DNA of 64,000 nucleotides from Escherichia phage SUT_E520: sequence record OQ990040; one strand, 5' to 3'. Shown piece by piece: positions 27,249 to 34,643 of this stretch (position 1 is its first letter; each line of letters starts with the position of its first letter). The notes under the pieces were generated by a model. It saw only the letters and a program-made list of their open reading frames with translations, ran no database searches and was not told where the DNA came from. The position numbers and the translations under genes were made by a program.

Positions 27249-27327
27249 TGGTGGAGAATAACGGAATCGAACCGTTCTGATGTCCTCGGTGCAAGCGAGG
27301 TGTCCACTCCATGCAGACCCATTCCCC
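27249..27327 (-). tRNA. tRNA-Ala (anticodon UGC)
   Basis: G3:U70 pair, perfect anticodon arm CCTCG-CTTGCAC-CGAGG, T-arm AACGG-TTCGATT-CCGTT, CCA. Confidence 0.8.
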
Positions 27328-27612
27328 AAATTCTTTAGTTTACTAAGGCTATTAGCTCGGCGTAACTACAGCACCTTCGCTTCAAGCGGAAGGAACCGCG
27401 TCATCTCGCAAACCCGATACACTATTCAGTTGCCGCTGAACCTAGTGGACTAATCTAGAACTTCTCCCGAATCGTAGGGATCGTGCTTTTTGGCAGCCAG
27501 TCCTAGGTCGAGCTAATACCTTAGTGAACTATGATGAGGATTTCTCCTCATCAATTTATATAAATATTATAACAAGAAATTAAGCATTAAGCAACTGCGT
27601 TTTTCTTGAAAT

Positions 27613-27691
27613 TGGTAGATCGCCTGGGACTCGAACCCAGAACCTTCCGATTAAAAGTCGGATGCTACTAAACCTATTGAGCTAGCGATCT
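27613..27691 (-). tRNA. tRNA-Lys (anticodon UUU)
   Basis: acceptor AGATCGC/GCGATCT, anticodon arm TCCGA-CTTTTAA-TCGGA, T-arm CTGGG-TTCGAGT-CCCAG, CCA. Confidence 0.75.
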
Positions 27692-27880
27692 ATTAGTAAC
27701 CATTATACACTTCCTTAATAGAGTGGACTTTTAAGTAAGGGTGATTAGTACTAAACTCTACCATTACTTCATCCCAATTTTTACCATAATGAGCGAGTAA
27801 GGATTTTGATGTATTCTTACCTAACCGTTTGTCACTTACTACTAATCGAAATACTTTCATTTCGAAATCCTCTATTAAAA

Positions 27881-27958
27881 TGGAAGCGGGTGCAGGAATC
27901 GAACCTACCTCTTTCTAGCTTATGAGACTAGCGATCTCTACCAGAGATCTAACCCGCA
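27881..27958 (-). tRNA. tRNA with CAU anticodon (Met, fMet or Ile2); 1:72 unpaired
   Basis: D-arm GATC/GATC, anticodon loop CTCATAA, T-loop TTCGATT, CCA; T1 opposite T72. Confidence 0.6.
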
Positions 27959-27964
27959 ATTGTT

Positions 27965-28040
27965 TGGTCAGTGCGGCAGGACTCGAACCTGCGACCCGAA
28001 GCATCCAAGGCTCCCACGCTACCAACTGCGCTACGCACTG
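27965..28040 (-). tRNA. tRNA-Pro (anticodon UGG)
   Basis: perfect acceptor CAGTGCG/CGCACTG, anticodon loop CTTGGAT, T-arm GCAGG-TTCGAGT-CCTGC, CCA. Confidence 0.75.
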
Positions 28041-28049
28041 TTAATTCTT

Positions 28050-28247
28050 TTATTGTGGAGGAATATTAATAATTCGTCCGTCTACACAATAAACGGTACT
28101 AGGAATTGTACTATATATGTAGAAATTCTTTATATTACTCTCTCCGCCACAGAAATTTTTAGCAAATTCATACTCTTTATTAATGGTTGAGTCAAGTTTA
28201 AAACAACCAGTAAGTAGGAATACAGACAGCAGTAAAACTTTTTTCAT
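28050..28247 (-). CDS. small lipoprotein (65 aa)
   Basis: signal peptide MKKVLLLSVFLLTGC with lipobox LTGC. Confidence 0.45.
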   Translation of the reverse strand: MKKVLLLSVFLLTGCFKLDSTINKEYEFAKNFCGGESNIKNFYIYSTIPSTVYCVDGRIINIPPQ

Positions 28248-28457
28248 TTTGCTTTCCTTCTCAACACTTTATAAGGTATATTATACAGAGAATTAAGCAT
28301 AATAGCAAATGAATTTTTAATAAATTTACTTATTGTGTAGGCCACCTGGAGGCTACCAACCCCACGGCTGACAAAGAAGTTTGCGAGACCTCTCTTAAGT
28401 GCCAGAATAGACCCGCCGATCTATCGGAACCTACATAATAAGTAAACTTTATAGTGT

Positions 28458-28578
28458 CATTCTAGACAGGACTCGAACCTGTTATCACTTGTGCGGACTT
28501 ACGAGAACCATTCTTTCACTCGAATCGAACGAGCTTCTGCCCTCGCCAAGCTGGTTTCCCCATCAACCACGCTAGAAT
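28458..28578 (-). ncRNA. atypical 121-nt tRNA-like element (perfectly paired 7-bp termini, two T-arm-like hairpins)
   Basis: 5' ATTCTAG pairs with 3' CTAGAAT; canonical T-arm ACAGG-TTCGAGT-CCTGT at 3' side; D-arm-like GGTT/AACC; 54-nt insert between GCTTG and CAAGT contains a second T-arm-like GCTCG-TTCGATT-CGAGT. Confidence 0.4.
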
Positions 28579-28700
28579 GTTTGATTGTTTTCAGTGCAAG
28601 AGTCCGAGTCTTGGACACGACCGCTTCGCAAGTACATAGGCAGCTTATCATGAGTCAGCACTTCCGAATTGCTAGCTCCGTGTTCTGCACTGAAATTTTA

Positions 28701-29048
28701 TTAGTTTAACCGTAAAGTATTATCTACTTCACCCTTAATTGTTCGGCATTCTTCTGGGATTGCTGGTGTAGCCTTATATTCCCACCATTCAGAACCGTCG
28801 TATTCACCACGTTCTAACCAAGTTCCATCAGTAAACCACACGTTACCATAAAGCAATTGCCCACCGAAACCAGAATCATATTTAAAGTCTAGATTATTTA
28901 GAAAATCTTCAATATCTTTTTCTGTATAACCTACGGGTAACACCCAAACTTCTTTGTCCCCATAATAACCGAATTCTATCTTAATACACTTAACTTCAGA
29001 ATTAATATTCTTTAAGGCAAGTAACAATTCTTCTTTAGCATTAATCAT
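28701..29048 (-). CDS. hypothetical protein (115 aa)
   Basis: ORF between tRNA genes. Confidence 0.4.
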   Translation of the reverse strand: MINAKEELLLALKNINSEVKCIKIEFGYYGDKEVWVLPVGYTEKDIEDFLNNLDFKYDSGFGGQLLYGNVWFTDGTWLERGEYDGSEWWEYKATPAIPEECRTIKGEVDNTLRLN

Positions 29049-29074
29049 AGCATATTTCTCGTACTAGTTTAATT

Positions 29075-29151
29075 TGGCGCGACCGATGGGATTTGAACCC
29101 ACATTCCCTCCCGTGACAGGGGAGTACCATTACCAAGCCAGCCCCGGTCGC
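29075..29151 (-). tRNA. tRNA-Asp (anticodon GUC)
   Basis: perfect acceptor GCGACCG/CGGTCGC, G73, anticodon arm CTCCC-CTGTCAC-GGGAG, CCA. Confidence 0.8.
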
Positions 29152-29160
29152 ATAATTCAT

Positions 29161-29346
29161 TTACTCAGCTTTGAGTTTTTCAATAGCTGCATTAAGTTCT
29201 TTAAGAAACTTTTTTCGTACATTAAGACGGTTGAGACTTACTAGTATATCATGTTTAAGTTCTTCGATGTATTTCTTCTCAACTTCAATATTGTTGATAG
29301 TGCTATCACGATGAACTTCTAGCTGTGCAATTACATTCTTGGACAT
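29161..29346 (-). CDS. hypothetical coiled-coil protein (61 aa)
   Basis: ORF between tRNA genes. Confidence 0.3.
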   Translation of the reverse strand: MSKNVIAQLEVHRDSTINNIEVEKKYIEELKHDILVSLNRLNVRKKFLKELNAAIEKLKAE

Positions 29347-29448
29347 GCTTGTTTCCTCAGTTATTAATGAAAATGGTATCTGTGACTGAATTCGATGTCA
29401 GCAATGATAGCTGGTTGGCTACCGGTTTACTTAACTCTACACAGAATT

Positions 29449-29531
29449 TGGCGGGCCGTGTAGGATTCGAACCTACGTTGTCTTTCGACATGGATTAACA
29501 GTCCACCGCCAAACCGCTTGGCTAACGACCC
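29449..29531 (-). tRNA. tRNA-Asn (anticodon GUU), 83 nt with extended variable loop
   Basis: acceptor GGGTCGT/ACGGCCC, anticodon arm GTGGA-CTGTTAA-TCCAT, T-arm GTAGG-TTCGAAT-CCTAC, CCA. Confidence 0.65.
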
Positions 29532-29683
29532 TAAATTTATATTGCTGACTAGGATTTTCACCTAGACGGAGTTAGCACCGTAGCGTGTAGCGGCATACCT
29601 CTCCAAACCGTGCCTCATCTTTCAATTACGGAGACAGTGTTCCTACGCGTGCCTGAATTGATTTAACAACTCTTTCAGCAAAT

Positions 29684-29759
29684 TGGACGACCGCATGAGA
29701 TTTGAACTCACATAAAAAGGATTTGCAATCCTTCGCCTAAGCCATTCAGCCAACGGTCG
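29684..29759 (-). tRNA. tRNA-Cys (anticodon GCA)
   Basis: anticodon arm AAGGA-TTGCAAA-TCCTT, T-arm GTGAG-TTCAAAT-CTCAT, CCA. Confidence 0.75.
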
Positions 29760-29828
29760 ATTTATCTTGTTCTGTCATGTTGCTTCTCCAGTTCAATTTA
29801 TGTAATTATTATACAGAACTTTTGGAAA

Positions 29829-30116
29829 CTAAGCAACTACATTTTTTAAAAATTTGATGCCTTTCTTTTTCTTCTTATATTTCCACGTTAAGGGATTCTG
29901 TCGATTATGAACGCTTGAGATCTTTGTCTCGTCAAAGTTCTTCAATATCATGTAATCACAGGATAATTGTTCTAATGGAATGTGATCACCGTCAAAAGCG
30001 TATACATAAGGCTGTTGACTAGCACGATAATGATAGACTTTGTTAATTCTACGTTTCAGCAACTTATCCGCGCAGTAAATAAAGAAGTTTTCAGGATGCA
30101 TCAGCAGCTCCCTCAA
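29829..30116 (-). CDS. hypothetical protein (95 aa)
   Basis: ORF between tRNA genes. Confidence 0.4.
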   Translation of the reverse strand: MRELLMHPENFFIYCADKLLKRRINKVYHYRASQQPYVYAFDGDHIPLEQLSCDYMILKNFDETKISSVHNRQNPLTWKYKKKKKGIKFLKNVVA

Positions 30117-30199
30117 TTTGGTGCACCCTGTTCGTATCGAACGAACCTCTCAAGCTCTTCAGGCAAGCGCTAATCCATCTCAGCTAAAGGTGCAAATTT

Positions 30200-30276
30200 T
30201 GGCAAACCTACTAGGACTCGAACCTAGACCGTACGGTTTTGGAGACCGACATGCTGTCCAGTAACACTCTAGGAAT
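30200..30276 (-). tRNA. tRNA-Trp candidate (anticodon CCA); 5' boundary uncertain
   Basis: anticodon arm CGGT-CTCCAAA-ACCG as in E. coli tRNA-Trp, T-arm CTAGG-TTCGAGT-CCTAG, G73, CCA; acceptor pairing imperfect. Confidence 0.45.
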
Positions 30277-30284
30277 GCAGGAAT

Positions 30285-30361
30285 TGGCGTCCTGTGCGGG
30301 GATCGAACCCGCAAATCCTACCTTGAAAGGGTAGTGACTTTACCAGTTTGTCTAACAGGAC
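30285..30361 (-). tRNA. tRNA-Glu (anticodon UUC)
   Basis: perfect acceptor GTCCTGT/ACAGGAC, anticodon arm CTACC-CTTTCAA-GGTAG, T-arm GCGGG-TTCGATC-CCCGC, CCA. Confidence 0.8.
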
Positions 30362-30368
30362 TTAAATT

Positions 30369-30459
30369 TGGTGTTGGATGATGGAGTCGAACCACCCGAG
30401 ACCCTTCCGAGTCGGCAGATTTACAGTCTGCTTCGCTACCTCTACGATACTAATCCAAC
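30369..30459 (-). tRNA. tRNA-Tyr (anticodon GUA), type II, 91 nt
   Basis: perfect acceptor GTTGGAT/ATCCAAC, anticodon arm GCAGA-CTGTAAA-TCTGC, long variable arm, CCA. Confidence 0.75.
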
Positions 30460-30587
30460 ATATTTAAAAGTATTCAAATACTAGTTTAAACACTTTTAGA
30501 TATGTTTCCAAATTAGATAACTATTATATCAAGTTTTATGGCACTGAGCAAGTCAAATTTTAAAGAACTTGCTCAGTGCTGTATTAG

Positions 30588-30863
30588 TTAGTCGAACTTA
30601 GGAGCGACAGTTAAGGAGAATGGAAGTTCGAAAACTTCTTCGCCCTCATCACTAACAGTAATTACACGACCTTTAAGTTCAGACATTGAAATATCAATAT
30701 CAGCTTTTGCATCTGGAGCCATGCCAGCTTCAATACATTTAGCTTTAACTTCCGGCAGAAGTTCTACATCGTAGAAATAAAGCCATTCAATCTCACCTTC
30801 CCAGCCTTCCCAGGATTTACAGATTGCACTTTCAATACCAGTTGCTATAACACGATTTTGCAT
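30588..30863 (-). CDS. hypothetical acidic protein (91 aa)
   Basis: ORF with T5-type promoter motif upstream at about 30870-30905. Confidence 0.4.
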   Translation of the reverse strand: MQNRVIATGIESAICKSWEGWEGEIEWLYFYDVELLPEVKAKCIEAGMAPDAKADIDISMSELKGRVITVSDEGEEVFELPFSLTVAPKFD

Positions 30864-30953
30864 TCGTTAACTCCTTCATCAATTTATATAACTATTATAC
30901 CAGAAATTTAAAGCAAAAGGCAAGTACATTTTTAAAAATTCTGTTTGGAGGAG

Positions 30954-31160
30954 CTAAACTCCAGATTCTTCAGCTAAGTCTAGGCTAATAAGAGATATAG
31001 CCATAATTGCTGCTCCGTGTTCTCTTTCTCCTGTCTCTTTAGCTAGGGTTATAATATCAAGAAATTGCTTATGAAAGTCTGCAACCTCTTGAGTCATACC
31101 TGCCTCAGCAATCATGCCTTTAAGCATGAAACGTTGTGCGGTAATTTCGGGATTAGCCAT
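30954..31160 (-). CDS. hypothetical protein (68 aa)
   Basis: ORF between tRNA genes. Confidence 0.3.
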   Translation of the reverse strand: MANPEITAQRFMLKGMIAEAGMTQEVADFHKQFLDIITLAKETGEREHGAAIMAISLISLDLAEESGV

Positions 31161-31335
31161 GTTGTTTCTCCAGTTTCATGTTTAATAGTCTACAAATAAA
31201 ATCAATGTCTTCATCTGTGCCTAGATCTCTATCTTCAAGAGTTGCCTTGAAGTTTTTCGTCAATTCCATGAGGATAACTTCTCTAGAACGACGTGTTGGC
31301 GGAGGTGGATGTCTATACATCTTATTTCCTTAAGT

Positions 31336-31412
31336 TGGTAGGGGTGGTGGGATTCGAACCCACAAAACCTGAATTTTAAGTCCAGTACCTATACCAATTC
31401 GATTACACCCCC
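31336..31412 (-). tRNA. tRNA with UAA anticodon (Leu-type) but short variable arm; A73
   Basis: acceptor GGGGGTG/CACCCCT, anticodon arm CTGGA-CTTAAAA-TTCAG, T-arm GTGGG-TTCGAAT-CCCAC, CCA; architecture parallels the UAG tRNA at 27167-27243. Confidence 0.5.
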
Positions 31413-31513
31413 ATGTAATCAGTTTATTAGTTGATACATATTATAGCCTAGTGAAAATCCTACTACTAGTCCCACAAACCAACCAATATAATAATCTTTT
31501 AGTTTCACAGGTA

Positions 31514-31699
31514 TTATCCTCGTTCAATATCTAGGGAAACACCGCAGTTAGGATTAATACCTGTACCGTTGCAATTTGAACAAATCCAGATATTGCAAAA
31601 AGTATCTCCTGCTTCTGCATCAGAACTTTCACCAATTCCCCTACACTCAGGGCAGGCACATTCTTCTAGCTCTTGCTTGAGTTCTTGAAACTTGGACAT
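31514..31699 (-). CDS. small DnaJ-type zinc-finger protein (61 aa)
   Basis: CPECRGIG and CSNCNGTG CxxCxGxG repeats. Confidence 0.4.
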   Translation of the reverse strand: MSKFQELKQELEECACPECRGIGESSDAEAGDTFCNIWICSNCNGTGINPNCGVSLDIERG

Positions 31700-31708
31700 A
31701 TAGTCTCC

Positions 31709-31897
31709 TTAGTCAATTACTTTTGAGGCTTCAAGGGAGTCGATATAGTATACGTTTTCTACCATAATCATATAATCTGCCACTTTATCCATAGCTTGGG
31801 CCTCAGAGGTAGCTCTGGCTAACCTATATCCTTTTTTATATTCATCCGGGTATTCTCTATCTTGAATAAATACAACATAAACTATGTATAATTCCAC
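31709..31897 (-). CDS. hypothetical small protein (GTG start; longer ORF would overlap two tRNAs)
   Basis: in-frame GTG at 31897 with AGGGGA RBS upstream. Confidence 0.3.
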   Translation of the reverse strand: MELYIVYVVFIQDREYPDEYKKGYRLARATSEAQAMDKVADYMIMVENVYYIDSLEASKVID

Positions 31898-31917
31898 TTG
31901 TAATCCCCTAATTAAGT

Positions 31918-31995
31918 TGGTGGCTCCCCGAGGATTCGAACCTACGTACCTTCCGGTTATGAGCCGGGTGCTCATACCATATGAGCTTGAGAACC
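31918..31995 (-). tRNA. tRNA with CAU anticodon, initiator-like body
   Basis: acceptor GGTTCTC/GGGAGCC, D-arm GCTC/GAGC, anticodon arm CCCGG-CTCATAA-CCGGA, variable/T region AGGT.CGT.GG-TTCGAAT like E. coli fMet; weak T-stem. Confidence 0.55.
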
Positions 31996-32001
31996 AGAAT
32001 T

Positions 32002-32090
32002 TGGCGGAAGAAGTGGGAATCGAACCCACAAGGCTATATTTCAAACCGACAGATTAGCAATCTGCTGCAATACCGTTATGCTATTCTTCC
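32002..32090 (-). tRNA. tRNA-Ser (anticodon GCU), type II, 89 nt
   Basis: perfect acceptor GGAAGAA/TTCTTCC, G73, anticodon arm GCAGA-TTGCTAA-TCTGT, T-arm GTGGG-TTCGATT-CCCAC, CCA. Confidence 0.7.
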
Positions 32091-32111
32091 GAATTTATAA
32101 GATATATTATA

Positions 32112-32681
32112 TTAGAAATTTAGCTTCATAGCAAGAAAATTTTTCAAGTTTTCGGTAGACATCTCATCCACATCTACGGGAGAAACAAAGCCGTTTAATT
32201 TTCTAGCAAATTTTTCACCCGCAGGATCGTTGTCTCCGACAGCTACCAATTTAAAAGGTAATAATTTCAGTTGCTTTAATAACGCTTTTCCTGGAGAAGA
32301 ACCTAACATTGCCAGGGCTGGATAACCAGCGTTATGTAGCGCAACTGCCTTAAATACAGATTCAGCGATCAATACTACTTTTTCATCTCCATTGAGAGTT
32401 TCTAGTCCCCATACACACTGGGTAGTAGAATAAGTAAAATATTTAGCTTCAAAGGGACACTTACCATGACCTTTTGGAGCAGAAGGATTATACGTCTGAT
32501 AGCCTCGCAACATCCCGGAGAAGTCATACAACGGGACTGTTAGCCATCCTTCCGGACTTAACCAGCAATGATATTTATCTGTATCAAATCCTCTGGATAA
32601 GAGGTGCTGTGTTAGCTCATCAACATTCATATTTGGTTCCTCTCTCAAATTTATAGATATATTATACAGAGAATTTAGCAT
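32112..32681 (-). CDS. Toprim-domain protein (primase/topoisomerase-like fold)
   Basis: VVLIAESVFKAVALHNAGYPALAMLGS and VAVGDNDPAG resemble Toprim E and DxD motifs. Confidence 0.4.
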   Translation of the reverse strand: MLNSLYNISINLREEPNMNVDELTQHLLSRGFDTDKYHCWLSPEGWLTVPLYDFSGMLRGYQTYNPSAPKGHGKCPFEAKYFTYSTTQCVWGLETLNGDEKVVLIAESVFKAVALHNAGYPALAMLGSSPGKALLKQLKLLPFKLVAVGDNDPAGEKFARKLNGFVSPVDVDEMSTENLKNFLAMKLNF

Positions 32682-32805
32682 TCAAGCAATCAAATTTTTT
32701 AACTTTTTAGAGGAAAATCATAGGGCACTTAAGGGTAGCAGATAAGTGGGGAGGACCAAAATTTGTGACCCCACTAAAAATCCGGGGGCAATTTTTAAAG
32801 ACCCC

Positions 32806-32834
32806 TTGACATTTTCGCTGGGGTAGTGTAAAGT
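32806..32834 (+). promoter_or_regulatory. sigma70-like promoter for plus-strand cassette (-35 TTGACA; -10 TAAAGT, weaker)
   Basis: TTGACA at 32806-32811; 17 bp downstream TAAAGT at 32829-32834. Confidence 0.4.
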
Positions 32835-32896
32835 ATATGTTATGGATGAGTGATCAAAGAGACACACATTTTCTATATACTAGGAGGTGTCAAAAT

Positions 32897-33886
32897 ATGA
32901 CAGAAGAAGTAGCTAAGAGTCCTGAGACCGTCGCTAGCGTTGCAGCAGAACTGCACCGTCACGAGGAATCAGATAAGAAAAAGTGGGAGAAGGTCAGAGC
33001 CTACGAAGAAAAACATCGTGAACACGATGATGAAGAAGAAGATGACGATGATGAACATTGTCATAAATATGGAAAACATAAAATGCAAGAACCAGTAAAC
33101 GTATTCACTAGTGGCTTCCCTGGCCTACTGGGTGGTTACCCAGCAAACGCAGGTGCTTTCGGTGGTGAAGGTATGGGACTATTCGGAGCTATCCTAATCG
33201 GTGCTCTATTAACCGGCGGATTCGGTGGTTTCGGTGGATTCGGTGGACGTGGTGTAGTTGGTGAAGGTACCGCAGTTGATGCAGTACTTCAGAACCAAGA
33301 TACCGCTAGTATTCTAGCAGCTATCAACACTACTCGTACAGAGGCTAACCAGGGTACTGGAGCTGTTTTAAGCGCAGTTAACAATGGTTTTAGCCAGACA
33401 ACCCAAAACCAGAGCCGTGATACTCAGTCTGTACTAACTACGATCTACGGTACAGGTGCTAATCTGTCTAATCAGATCTGCCAGGAAACTCGCAACGTTA
33501 TTCAGGGTCAGTTCGATCTTTCTCGCCAGATTGATCAATCTTTCGCAGCTAACCAGATAGCTCGTGCACAAGATAAGTTTGATTCTGCACAGATCGCTTT
33601 CCAGCAGACTTTACAAACTAATAACCAGTTTGCCGCTGTTCAGGCTCAGATGTGTGCTAACCAGAACTCTCTGGAACGTCAGATCGCTGAATGTTGCTGT
33701 GAACTTCAGACTGCGATCGCTGGTGTAACTACTGCGCGTATCCAGGATGAGTTAGACGCATGTCGCCTACGTGAAGCAATCGCTGCGGGTAGCGGTGCTA
33801 ACGGTCAGGTAATTAATCAAATCGCTTTAAGTCTTGGTGCTATCACTCAGACTCTGGCTGGTCTGCAGGCTAAACTGCCGGCTTAA
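32897..33886 (+). CDS. membrane protein: acidic/His-rich N-terminus, Gly-rich TM segment with GGFGGFGGFGG, Gln/Asn/Thr/Ala-rich C-domain
   Basis: ATG at 32897 with AGGAGG RBS (32883-32888); E. coli-like codon usage; opposite strand to surrounding genes. Confidence 0.55.
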   Translation: MTEEVAKSPETVASVAAELHRHEESDKKKWEKVRAYEEKHREHDDEEEDDDDEHCHKYGKHKMQEPVNVFTSGFPGLLGGYPANAGAFGGEGMGLFGAILIGALLTGGFGGFGGFGGRGVVGEGTAVDAVLQNQDTASILAAINTTRTEANQGTGAVLSAVNNGFSQTTQNQSRDTQSVLTTIYGTGANLSNQICQETRNVIQGQFDLSRQIDQSFAANQIARAQDKFDSAQIAFQQTLQTNNQFAAVQAQMCANQNSLERQIAECCCELQTAIAGVTTARIQDELDACRLREAIAAGSGANGQVINQIALSLGAITQTLAGLQAKLPA

Positions 33887-33907
33887 TATTAAGGGGAGGA
33901 GCCCATT

Positions 33908-34324
33908 ATGAGTAAATATGGTTTTGTAAATAACGGACTTAATCAAAGTATGGGCTCCCAGCAGCCCATTCCGGGTCTGGATAACCCCTACTTACAACAG
34001 TTGCAACAGCGTTTAGCAGAAGCGCAACAGATGCAGCAACAACTCCAGCAAAACCCTGGAAGTGTGAGTCCTATGCAAATGATGCAGCAAATGAGCGGGC
34101 AGTCGCAAATGCCTCAACAAATGCAGCAACAGGTGCCTCAGCAGCAAGTTCAGCAACAAACCCAACAACCGCAGGTTTCTGCGGAAGGACAGGCAGTACT
34201 AGCCCTTTTCGAAGACTTCGCAAAGACAGAGGATGGGAAACAGCTTGTATCACTTATGGGTAAGTTTAATAGCTTCTGCCAAAGCCAAGTTGCAAAAGCT
34301 CAAAATGGGGGTAGTAACTCCTAA
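33908..34324 (+). CDS. Gln-rich (poly-Q/M) low-complexity protein
   Basis: GGGAGG RBS; about 40 percent Gln in first 100 aa. Confidence 0.5.
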   Translation: MSKYGFVNNGLNQSMGSQQPIPGLDNPYLQQLQQRLAEAQQMQQQLQQNPGSVSPMQMMQQMSGQSQMPQQMQQQVPQQQVQQQTQQPQVSAEGQAVLALFEDFAKTEDGKQLVSLMGKFNSFCQSQVAKAQNGGSNS

Positions 34325-34333
34325 GGAGGAAAT

Positions 34334-34528
34334 ATGTGTTGCAGAAAATCTGTTTCGTGCTGCCCAGTGCCTGTAGCACGTTGTTGCTCTCCAGCAATGT
34401 TTACGCAAATACCGGCGTTCAATCCCTTTGCCTTTAAGCCTACTCTTATCCTGCCCCCTAGAGTAGATTTTCAGTCAAGATTGGCCTCCCGTATGGGTGG
34501 TTGCTGTACACCGAGAGTATGGTTCTAA
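34334..34528 (+). CDS. small Cys-rich protein (64 aa)
   Basis: AAGGAGG RBS; MCCRKSVSCCPVPVARCC and GGCC motifs. Confidence 0.45.
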   Translation: MCCRKSVSCCPVPVARCCSPAMFTQIPAFNPFAFKPTLILPPRVDFQSRLASRMGGCCTPRVWF

Positions 34529-34540
34529 ACCAAAAACAAA

Positions 34541-34574
34541 AGCCCCTGCCGAAAGGTAAGGGGCTTTTTCTTTT
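34541..34574 (+). terminator. rho-independent terminator for the plus-strand cassette
   Basis: hairpin gcccct-gccgaaaggta-aggggc followed by TTTTTCTTTT. Confidence 0.6.
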
Positions 34575-34579
34575 GCCTT

Positions 34580-34619
34580 AAATACAGAAAAGCCCGCGCT
34601 CTCGTAGGAAACGCGGGCT
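34580..34619 (-). terminator. rho-independent terminator for the SPFH gene (convergent)
   Basis: hairpin agcccgcg-ctctcgtaggaaa-cgcgggct followed by T-rich tract on minus strand. Confidence 0.55.
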
Positions 34620-34643
34620 TGGTTCGAAGATTACGTGTAACTA

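Noticed and set aside
28588-28695. Possible additional structured RNA (long-range inverted repeat tcagtgcaag ... ctgcactgaaa)
   Set aside because: No tRNA T-arm or acceptor found and overlaps a weak ORF; evidence too thin to call
31709-32044. Full-length 111-aa minus ORF
   Set aside because: N-terminal 49 codons overlap two well-supported tRNA genes; trimmed to an internal GTG start at 31897
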